Shown: positions 29,398-36,321 of the stretch, one piece after another
How positions within the stretch are numbered: position 1 is the stretch's first letter
Layout: each line of letters opens with the position of its first letter
Source of the DNA: Candidatus Micrarchaeota archaeon
GTDB taxonomy: Archaea; Micrarchaeota; Micrarchaeia; Norongarragalinales; SBBD01
Assembly (NCBI GenBank): GCA_018819225.1
Contig: JAHJQN010000004.1
Coordinates: 66,813 to 130,812 of the forward strand
DNA: 64,000 nucleotides
Reading direction: 5' to 3'
The notes under the pieces: model-generated
The model's database searches: none
What the model was told of the DNA's origin: nothing
The model's input: only the letters and a program-made list of their open reading frames with translations
Program-made: the position numbers and the translations under genes

Positions 29398-29997
29398 TTA
29401 CTTCCTATTCTGTTTTGAATGTTTTTCTCGCTCTATCCAATAATCGTCTGCCAACTTCTTTTGTAGCTCCGCAGCCATCACTGACTCGGGTAAAATAACG
29501 GTCGAATCAATTTCTTGAGCTCGTCTATAGTCTTTCAACGCGCTCTTCATTTTTCCTGCATTTTCGAGAAAATATCCACGTTCAACATATGCTTCGGCAA
29601 ATAACGGATGATCTTTTATTATATTGCCCAATAATTTTATTGCTAAATCTAAGTTGCCCAAGTCTCCCAGGGTACGTGCGCGCATATACCGCAGATATGG
29701 ACTTTTAGGTGTTAACTTTAATCCTTCTTCGCAATAGAAGAGGCATTTATCATATTCGCCCGAATTCGAATATCCTAACGCTAGGTGTCTAAAGCTAAAC
29801 TCATCTGGATTCTTAACTTTTTTATATAACCAACGATGAGGAAATTTTTTTTCGGTTGTATGGATTCTATCCATATCTAACCGTAAGTCCTTTGTTTTTT
29901 CTGCAATATTATCAAAGGATTCGGGAGGATTCACCGGAGACTTATGCGATGATGGACTACCTAATATTTTGTTTTTAATTTTTTTTAATATACTCAT
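29398..29997 (-). CDS. TPR-repeat protein (element cargo)
   Basis: 199 aa with tetratricopeptide-like repeats (AEAYVERGYFLENAGKMKSALKDYRRAQEID, LYCEEGLKLTPKSPYLRYMRARTLGDLGN). Confidence 0.5.
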   Translation of the reverse strand: MSILKKIKNKILGSPSSHKSPVNPPESFDNIAEKTKDLRLDMDRIHTTEKKFPHRWLYKKVKNPDEFSFRHLALGYSNSGEYDKCLFYCEEGLKLTPKSPYLRYMRARTLGDLGNLDLAIKLLGNIIKDHPLFAEAYVERGYFLENAGKMKSALKDYRRAQEIDSTVILPESVMAAELQKKLADDYWIEREKHSKQNRK

Positions 29998-30034
29998 AAC
30001 TATCCCGATGAGATATTACTACTGCCTTCATGAA

Positions 30035-30307
30035 CTAATGTTTGAAAGTCTCATACTCTTTCTTGCTAATCTCATTCCCATCCGCAATACGAATCCGTTC
30101 TTTAGAATGCTCATCGCATAATTCGAATAATTTGTTCGCATATTCTAGTTCATGCTTAATCCCATGTATAAAATCTTCTATTTTTTCTACTATGTTTCGT
30201 TTATCTTCCTTAACATAGCTATACCGATAAAAGTGAGTTGGTTTTTGTTCACAATTTTTAATATAACAACGGTCAATATGCCATTCTATTGAAAACGAAG
30301 GTTCCAT
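30035..30307 (-). CDS. Hypothetical small protein (element cargo)
   Basis: 90-aa ORF with no motif recognised. Confidence 0.3.
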   Translation of the reverse strand: MEPSFSIEWHIDRCYIKNCEQKPTHFYRYSYVKEDKRNIVEKIEDFIHGIKHELEYANKLFELCDEHSKERIRIADGNEISKKEYETFKH

Positions 30308-30413
30308 AACAAACGTAGTACTTGAGGTACTATATATTTAACGGTAATAACTTGGGTAAGTATGTGCTCTTTCCCGCGACCTTATAAAGTATGTTTAAGC
30401 CATAATAATTGGG

Positions 30414-31334
30414 TTGAACATGGGAGAAACTCCCGCAGTTATCCGATGGCTCAAAACAAAAGAACCACGCTTCCAATTAAAGAAAAGCGACCTGATTTCA
30501 GGTGAGGAACTAGGAGCGTTATTGGCCGCATGTGACACTGTAAAAAAACGATTCTTTATTGCGGTTTTATATGAAAGTGGTGCACGAATAGGCGAATTGC
30601 TTTCTGCCACCGTTGGAAACGTAAAAGTAGACGCACATGGCATCATGTTAAGTGTAGACGGAAAAACAGGCCCGCGTTCTATACGATTAGTAACTTCTGC
30701 CGGTCAATTCGGAGAATATCTTAACGGACATCCCGAACGCAACAATCCAGATGCTCCCTTATTTTATTCAATTAAAGACGGACAATGCAAACAATGCGAA
30801 TACTGGACCGCTGCCAAAATGATGCGTCGTTTATTCACGAAGGCGGGCGTTTCAAAAGAAAAAGCCCACTTCCATCTGTTTAGGCACAGCCGTGCAGCAG
30901 AAACGAAGCGATTCATGCCCGAAGATTACCAACGAAGATTTTTTGGATGGGCTCATGGATCGGATATGCCCAGTCATTACGGAGCATTAGATTCCAGTGA
31001 CCTAGATAACATTTTACTATCCGCTTACGGAAAAGCGCAACGGAATGCGACAATTCCCGAGATCATTAACCGAATCTGTGAGTGCTGTCATCATGAGAAC
31101 TTTCCATCATCTGCATATTGTAGTGGATGCGGATGGAAACTCGGATTAAAGGCATCTCAATTACCACTAACCGAGCGCGAAATAGCTTTACTAAAGATCA
31201 TTGCGAACGCTCCGAACTATGAACAAGTGGTTTCATCCCTTCCAACGAATGAATTGGAGAAAATTACTTCTCGATTAATTGATTTACGAGATGGGGACCG
31301 GGACATTAAGTCAGGCGCTGGGGATGGGATTTGA
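30414..31334 (+). CDS. Tyrosine recombinase / phage-type integrase (XerA-like catalytic domain) with C-terminal zinc ribbon
   Basis: 306 aa. The catalytic residues appear in the canonical order: GARIGEL (Arg I), DGKTGPRSIRL (Lys), HLFRHS (His/Arg II), WAHGS (His) and PSHYGAL (Tyr nucleophile). It also has CECCHHEN...CSGCGWK. Its stop overlaps the 3' end of tRNA-Ser(CGA). Confidence 0.8.
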   Translation: MNMGETPAVIRWLKTKEPRFQLKKSDLISGEELGALLAACDTVKKRFFIAVLYESGARIGELLSATVGNVKVDAHGIMLSVDGKTGPRSIRLVTSAGQFGEYLNGHPERNNPDAPLFYSIKDGQCKQCEYWTAAKMMRRLFTKAGVSKEKAHFHLFRHSRAAETKRFMPEDYQRRFFGWAHGSDMPSHYGALDSSDLDNILLSAYGKAQRNATIPEIINRICECCHHENFPSSAYCSGCGWKLGLKASQLPLTEREIALLKIIANAPNYEQVVSSLPTNELEKITSRLIDLRDGDRDIKSGAGDGI

Positions 31335-31441
31335 ACCCATACGGGCCAGAGGCCCACCAGATATCTGGTCTTTCAACCTTTTTTTATAGTGTAGGCGAAA
31401 GATCTCGAGTCTGGCGCGTTACCGGATTCCGCCACCCCAGC
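31316..31441 (-). tRNA. tRNA-Ser(CGA), type II, with an intron of about 41 nt in the anticodon loop
   Basis: Manual fold: acceptor GCUGGGG/CCCCAGC; D-arm GCG...CGC; anticodon stem CCAGA/UCUGG with loop CUCGAGA (anticodon CGA); long variable arm GGGCC-UCU-GGCCC; T-arm AUGGG-UUCAAAU-CCCAU; discriminator G. About 41 nt are inserted at 37/38 (AUCUUUCGCCUACACUAUAAAAAAAGGUUGAAAGACCAGAU). Confidence 0.7.
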
Positions 31442-31469
31442 ATTAATCGTAGAACTCGATTGAATACGT

Positions 31470-32009
31470 TTATTGGAGGGAGAACGTATTTAAGTCTTCA
31501 TAAACCGCTCCCCTCGGAGAGAGAGTGCTCTTGCGTAGGATAAACTCCTTGACTTCAAACTCGCCGTACTTCTCTTGTTCCAACGCGTGCTTCAATTGCT
31601 TCAACTTGTCCACGTTCTTTTTACCTTTCACGCGGGAGATGGTGACGTGTCCGACATACGGTCCGCGGAACGGTTCTTCCAACAGTTCGCTCATCTTTTC
31701 ATGCATTTTTTGAAGTTGTTCCTCCGTTCCGTGCACGCCGACCCAAAACACTTTTATATAGTCCTCGCTCGGAAAAAATCCGCTTCCTTCCACTTGCAAA
31801 CGAAATTTGGGGAATTGAAATTGGACGAGTTTTTCCTTGATCTGTTGGGCCTCTTCCTCGGTTCTCTCGCCCAAGAATAGCAAGGTTACGTGAAGCTGTT
31901 CGGGTTTGGAAAACGAGGCGTGCAAGTCCAAGCGCTTGGCCTGGTGCGTCAATTGCTCTAGTTTGCGCTCGATTTCGTCTGGCAAGTCGATGGCGATGAA
32001 CAGGCGCAT
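31470..32009 (-). CDS. thpR: RNA 2',3'-cyclic phosphodiesterase / 2'-5' RNA ligase (2H phosphoesterase, ThpR/LigT)
   Basis: 179 aa with two H-x-T/S-x motifs (LHVTLLFLG and GHVTISRV) at the spacing typical of LigT/ThpR. Confidence 0.85.
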   Translation of the reverse strand: MRLFIAIDLPDEIERKLEQLTHQAKRLDLHASFSKPEQLHVTLLFLGERTEEEAQQIKEKLVQFQFPKFRLQVEGSGFFPSEDYIKVFWVGVHGTEEQLQKMHEKMSELLEEPFRGPYVGHVTISRVKGKKNVDKLKQLKHALEQEKYGEFEVKEFILRKSTLSPRGAVYEDLNTFSLQ

Positions 32010-32073
32010 AAACTTTAATTGAGAGGACAGCGTTTAAAAGGGTTTTACGCGTTAGGCTTTCCGATATCCGTCT

Positions 32074-32607
32074 ATGCGCTTTGCTCCATTTGCTCGAACG
32101 GCTTTCTTCATGGTATTCCTGGTTTCGATAGCGCTTTCTCTATCCGTTTCCGCGGGCGTAGCGGTACTCGTCAAGCAAGACGTGGATAAGGCCACGTGGC
32201 AGGCGCGTCCGTGGATGTCCCCCATTATCACGGAAGAAGAGTCGAAAGCCACTCGATGGATTGAAGAGAATACGTTGGAACGCGATATTTTTGTCACGGA
32301 TATTTTTGGCGGCGAACACATTATGGGCAATACGTTGCGGGAAGGCACGGAAGGAGGGGATTGGGCCATTGTTCCAGGAGTCGTTGAAAAAATGGGGGAA
32401 ATCAATGAGTTCTATTCGACGAAGGATGCGGATCGCGCGTATGTTCTTGCCACGAAGCATGGCGCGAAATACGTGTTGATTCCGAATCGACAAATCTTTG
32501 CGGGATTCAAATGGTTTTATCCCGAGAAAGGGAAAATGGAGAACGCTCAATATTTCAAGCGCGTGTATTCCGATAACGATTTTGAGATTTATCAAGTGAT
32601 TCGTTGA
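32074..32607 (+). CDS. Membrane-anchored soluble domain protein homologous to the C-terminal domains of GT-C/PMT-like glycosyltransferases
   Basis: 177 aa with an N-terminal signal anchor. The soluble domain (DADRAYVLATKHGAKYVLIPN...YFKRVYSDNDFEIYQVIR) is similar to the C-terminal domains of 19207-21057 and 33910-35829. Its stop overlaps the next membrane-protein gene by 4 nt. Confidence 0.4.
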   Translation: MRFAPFARTAFFMVFLVSIALSLSVSAGVAVLVKQDVDKATWQARPWMSPIITEEESKATRWIEENTLERDIFVTDIFGGEHIMGNTLREGTEGGDWAIVPGVVEKMGEINEFYSTKDADRAYVLATKHGAKYVLIPNRQIFAGFKWFYPEKGKMENAQYFKRVYSDNDFEIYQVIR

Positions 32608-33926
32608 TGAATGCATTCTTGATGATGAAAAGGAACCCGGTGCCGTTGCTGCTGCTTCTAGCCGTCGCGTTGAGTTTGTATACGCATTCCATGGTCTGGA
32701 AAGAGTTTACGATGCCCACGTACGGGAACACGTTCATTCACGTGGCAAGCATTCGGCACATGTTAGAACACGCGTCTTACCCCGTGATTGATTATTCGTA
32801 TGGCGGAGGGATTCCGAACCTTTACGTGCCGTTTTACCGCTTGTTTATCGCGAATTCCGTGTTGCTTACTGGCTTGTCCATTGACTTTATTTCTCGGTTG
32901 GCGGTCATGTTGTTTGCGATATTGGTGCCGCTAGGGTTCTTCGCGGTCACGAAGCGCTTGTTCGGCTTGAACGCGGGAATAGCGGCTGCTTTTCTGGCGA
33001 GTTTTCCTGGAGAACTCTTGATTTACACGGTTCGACCGCTACCGCAGTCACTGGGAATGGTCTTGCTCCCCGTTGCCTTCCTTGCTATATTCTCCGAAAA
33101 GTGGAGGCCGGCGTTGTTGATCACGTTTGGAATCGCCATGGTTCACCAGGAAGCAATTGCTTTTCTTGTGGGGGCGGTAGGCGTGTATGCTGCCGTTGCC
33201 TTTTTGTTCTATTTGATTGGTGAGGCGAAGAATATTCGAGTGGGAACTGCGCGCATGATGACGTCTTCTGCGCTTTCCGAGCTCAAAATCGCGCGTCTGG
33301 CAGTGGTTGTGGCGATCCTGGGACTCGCTTCGTACGTTTTATGGCACTATTTCGTCATGAACTCGTTCAACATCTTTGATATCGCTCAATTCAAGTATCA
33401 TGAAGGGGGTTTGGTGACCGTTGACTCCTTTCTAACTAAAACTGGCATTATCGTAACCGTTTTTTCGTTGTTGGGGCTTACGTTTGTGGGTTATCGGTTA
33501 CTGGAACTCGTTGCTTCCCAGTCCCATCGCTTCCGATCCTTGTCGAATGAAGTGCAGTTTGGGCTGCGTAACTCGGCGTTATTCTTGGTCGTGGCTTTGG
33601 CAACGTATTTTCATTTCAATAACTATTCGATGGCTTCCGTGAGCCTTCAAAGCCTTGGCTCGGCCATTGTACTGGGATTGATGATCGTCATTTTCGTGGC
33701 ATTTATCTCCCACACGCCGACGTTTATGCAATTGCCGAACTCCTCCTTCTTGTTCACGTTCGCGGTGTTCGGAGCTGGCGTAGCTGCAGTCAAGAATGAC
33801 GTGGTGGGCATTCGCGTATTCATGGACCGTTTCTTGGTTCACTTGCAGGAGCCCCTTATTATTTTGGCTGCGCTAGGAGTGGCAGCCGTATACGAATTCT
33901 TCGAAGCAATTAGGGAACGGCCTTGA
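32604..33926 (+). CDS. Polytopic membrane protein, GT-C glycosyltransferase-like membrane domain (lacks the soluble domain, which is encoded by the upstream gene)
   Basis: 440 aa with more than 10 TM helices and no large soluble domain. Translationally coupled to 32074-32607. Confidence 0.45.
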   Translation: MMNAFLMMKRNPVPLLLLLAVALSLYTHSMVWKEFTMPTYGNTFIHVASIRHMLEHASYPVIDYSYGGGIPNLYVPFYRLFIANSVLLTGLSIDFISRLAVMLFAILVPLGFFAVTKRLFGLNAGIAAAFLASFPGELLIYTVRPLPQSLGMVLLPVAFLAIFSEKWRPALLITFGIAMVHQEAIAFLVGAVGVYAAVAFLFYLIGEAKNIRVGTARMMTSSALSELKIARLAVVVAILGLASYVLWHYFVMNSFNIFDIAQFKYHEGGLVTVDSFLTKTGIIVTVFSLLGLTFVGYRLLELVASQSHRFRSLSNEVQFGLRNSALFLVVALATYFHFNNYSMASVSLQSLGSAIVLGLMIVIFVAFISHTPTFMQLPNSSFLFTFAVFGAGVAAVKNDVVGIRVFMDRFLVHLQEPLIILAALGVAAVYEFFEAIRERP

Positions 33927-35829
33927 ATAGCTCGTAACGCCGGTTTCCTTCCTCGTACTCCCATACGACTTCAAAGGCATTCGATTGACGGATTTGTCGG
34001 GAGAGGTTTCGGTTCTTGCTTAGCTCGAACGGACTCACTATTACGTAATCAATTCCGTGTACTCCGGACAGATCTCCGCGTTCGATGGCCGAGTTGACTA
34101 GTTTCCGTTGGTTTTGGTAATCCAATCCATGCGACCACATATGGCCTTCATAACCCATAACCACTTGTCTTCCTGCCAGTGAATAAATGAAGTGGTTGTG
34201 ACTGGAGGCGGTTAGAAACAACGCATTTTTTTCGGTAGTCTCGGAAACCTTTTGCGCGGCGTGAATATCGGAAGCGTGAAACAAGACGTGCGACGTATTA
34301 TTCCAGTACATGAACGTGAGGATTCCTGAAAAGATGCTTATGAATAACATGATCGAAACGATCCCCGTTGATAGAAAGCGATTCAATCGAATCCTATGAG
34401 CCAACCACGTGAACGCTCGTGATAAGGCAATGGATGCAAGGAAAGCGGTGAGGAGTAGCCAGTGCGCAAAATATTTGATGTTATCCCAATCCCACGGCTG
34501 GAACCGCGCGATATTGGCCGCTAGAAACACGAGGGCAAACGGGATATAGAACGTTCGAAGCTTGCTGTCCGCTAACACGAATCCAATCAATGCAAGCGGA
34601 ATCAATAACCCCGTATTCGCGATCCAGAAAACGCCTATATCCACTATATTGGTCGTATTGGCCAGCCAGCCGGCTTGCCATTCAAAAAACGTTTCGGTGC
34701 GGGGTTGTTCGTTTATCCATAACAGCTGTGGTAAAATTAGGAGGAAGCCAAATATCGCTGAGAAAAGAACGGGTTTCTCCAATTTCTTTTTTTGAAAAAT
34801 ACGCCATGCCAGCAAGAAAGCGGTTACGAAACCCGCGATAGCGAATGAAGCAATGTGGATAAGGGGAAGCAACGCTAGAACGAACGCGAGTAAATAATAT
34901 TCGTTGTTTTTCGCTTCGTTCCAATGAATGCGCGCCAACAACCAATACGCTACAAGGGATAAAGCGAAGCCCATCAATACGGTGCGTTGGGGAATGAATA
35001 CGGAATAAACGAGATTCATGAACTCAATGTGTTGGTCTTGAATTTTCGAGTAGTCTTGCGGAAGTCGTGATAAGAACGCACCGACATCCGGAGCGCCTTG
35101 AATGTCTTCAATGAAGGACAGGAATCCGAAATTCCCGTTAATAAAGAATAGGAGTATCGCAAACACGGCAACATACTTCATTTTTCCGGAAAGTGTTGAG
35201 AAGAATAATCTCGCAAGGAATACGAGAGCGAACAGCAAGAGCAAGTTCGGAATAATAATGCTATGCTGCAACGACAGGCCTCCAACAATTAAAATGGCTG
35301 AAAGGAAATCAAACAGAAAGGGATACCGCATGACCGCGCCCTCCAGATTCGGGTAAATGGGTGGAAAATTGTCGCGGAGAACGAACGAATTGATGATGCT
35401 GACGTGAAATGGGTAGTCCCCCCAGGCATTTTGAATGGAGTAAATGGATCCGCTCGAGTCCACGTTGAATGAAAGAAAGTTGAAATACGCCAATAAAAGA
35501 AATACGCCTAATGCGGCTGCGAATCCGTAAGAAATTCCGTTCAGTGAAAGTTCGGGTAATCCTTTTTGCCACCGCTTGTTCGAATTCAATAATGCAGTTG
35601 AGACGCCGACACTCATGATGACTACTCGTAGAATCATTAAGAAATCCAATTCGCGGACGATTAATGATAAAAGGAACGTCGCGAACGTAGTGATGGCAAG
35701 CCCCAACGCCATTCCGATGGCCAGAAATGTTGAAACGGATTTCTTGGTTGGAAAGTAAACGGAAATGGCGAACCCGAGTAGTACGCTGGATAGTACAAAC
35801 AAAAGGGCGAGCCACATGTGGTTTCCCAC
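33910..35829 (-). CDS. Polytopic membrane glycosyltransferase-like protein (GT-C/PMT-ArnT-like) with C-terminal soluble domain
   Basis: 639 aa. About 12 TM helices are followed by a soluble domain (DIHAAQKVSETTEKNALFLTASSHNHFIYSLAGRQVVMGYEGHMWSHGLDY...HGIDYVIVSPFELSKN...RRYELFKAVP). Confidence 0.5.
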   Translation of the reverse strand: MGNHMWLALLFVLSSVLLGFAISVYFPTKKSVSTFLAIGMALGLAITTFATFLLSLIVRELDFLMILRVVIMSVGVSTALLNSNKRWQKGLPELSLNGISYGFAAALGVFLLLAYFNFLSFNVDSSGSIYSIQNAWGDYPFHVSIINSFVLRDNFPPIYPNLEGAVMRYPFLFDFLSAILIVGGLSLQHSIIIPNLLLLFALVFLARLFFSTLSGKMKYVAVFAILLFFINGNFGFLSFIEDIQGAPDVGAFLSRLPQDYSKIQDQHIEFMNLVYSVFIPQRTVLMGFALSLVAYWLLARIHWNEAKNNEYYLLAFVLALLPLIHIASFAIAGFVTAFLLAWRIFQKKKLEKPVLFSAIFGFLLILPQLLWINEQPRTETFFEWQAGWLANTTNIVDIGVFWIANTGLLIPLALIGFVLADSKLRTFYIPFALVFLAANIARFQPWDWDNIKYFAHWLLLTAFLASIALSRAFTWLAHRIRLNRFLSTGIVSIMLFISIFSGILTFMYWNNTSHVLFHASDIHAAQKVSETTEKNALFLTASSHNHFIYSLAGRQVVMGYEGHMWSHGLDYQNQRKLVNSAIERGDLSGVHGIDYVIVSPFELSKNRNLSRQIRQSNAFEVVWEYEEGNRRYELFKAVP

Positions 35830-35925
35830 TAATCACATAAAATAACTATATAAACGCTCGGACGGCCTTTTCAAAAAAGTCGACCAAAAGTTGCATTTGA
35901 ATAATATGCACTCAATTTAAGAAAA

Positions 35926-35946
35926 AAAGCGGGCCCAACGGGATTC
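35926..35946. repeat. 21-bp direct repeat copy (duplicate of tRNA-Arg 3' end), aaagcgggcccaacgggattc
   Basis: Identical to 35989-36009 (the 3' acceptor/T-arm end of tRNA-Arg plus a 4-nt trailer), 42 bp upstream of it. Confidence 0.6.
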
Positions 35947-35988
35947 CGAACGACCTTTCTTATGAAGAAAGCTCGACCAAAGAAAAAG

Positions 35989-36009
35989 AAAGCGGGCCCA
36001 ACGGGATTC
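35989..36009. repeat. 21-bp direct repeat copy within tRNA-Arg 3' end
   Basis: See 35926-35946. Confidence 0.6.
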
Positions 36010-36175
36010 GAACCCGCAACCTACTGGTCTCTCCCCCATCACGCTGTTGCGCCGAAGGAAAAAGGACTAGCCCTTTTCCCGGGACCGAAGCCACGACTTC
36101 CGTCTCTTCCAATAAAAAGTGAAAGAGCAAGTGGGACCGGAACCAGTCGCTCTGTCCTGGTTGAGCTATGGGCCC
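35993..36175 (-). tRNA. tRNA-Arg(CCG) with an unusually long intron (about 108 nt) at the canonical 37/38 position
   Basis: Manual fold. Exon 1: GGGCCCA-UA-GCUC-AACCAGGACA-GAGC-G-ACUGG-UUCCGG. Exon 2: A-CCAGU-AGGUU-GCGGG-UUCGAAU-CCCGU-UGGGCCC-G. The acceptor, D, anticodon and T stems pair perfectly except for one G-U pair in the T stem. The anticodon is CCG. The sequence 36029-36136 is intronic. The intron length is far above typical, so the exact exon junctions are tentative. Confidence 0.55.
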
Positions 36176-36238
36176 TTATTTCAATTACCTGGTATTCTGA
36201 AGTTTAAAATACTTGGCCTGTCAGAAGTTATGCGCGTG

Positions 36239-36321
36239 GCCGGGGTGGCAGAGCGGTTATTGCGCTGGTCTTGAAAACCAGTTCCCGCAAGGGATCAGGA
36301 GTTCGAATCTCCTCCCCGGCG
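36239..36321 (+). tRNA. tRNA-Ser(TGA), type II, no intron
   Basis: GCCGGGG-UG-GCAG-AGCGGUUA-UUGC-G-CUGGU-CUUGAAA-ACCAG-UUCCCGCAAGGGAUC-AGGAG-UUCGAAU-CUCCU-CCCCGGC-G. Anticodon UGA. Long variable arm UCCC-GCAA-GGGA. Confidence 0.85.

Larger units (their letters stand above)
28370..31331. mobile_element. Integrated element (about 3 kb, possibly two tandem integrations) at the 3' end of tRNA-Ser(CGA), carrying a tyrosine integrase
   Basis: Direct repeats tcaggcgctggggat(c)gggatt at 28370-28392 and 31311-31331, plus a partial copy gcgctggggatggg at 29290-29303. The rightmost copy is the 3' end of the tRNA gene. The interior is visibly more AT-rich than its flanks. The cargo is an integrase, a TPR protein and two hypotheticals. 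Confidence 0.55.

Noticed and set aside
35947-35988. Possibility that the two 21-bp direct repeats at the tRNA-Arg locus bound an integrated element
   Set aside because: Only 42 bp lie between them, and no cargo is present. At most this is a footprint or a local duplication, not a current element.
35962-36207. 81-aa ORF (MKKARPKKKKAGPTGFEPATYW...) on the + strand
   Set aside because: It lies entirely within and antisense to the intron-containing tRNA-Arg(CCG) gene, and it overlaps the tRNA-Ser(TGA) flank. It is a spurious read-through of structured RNA sequence.
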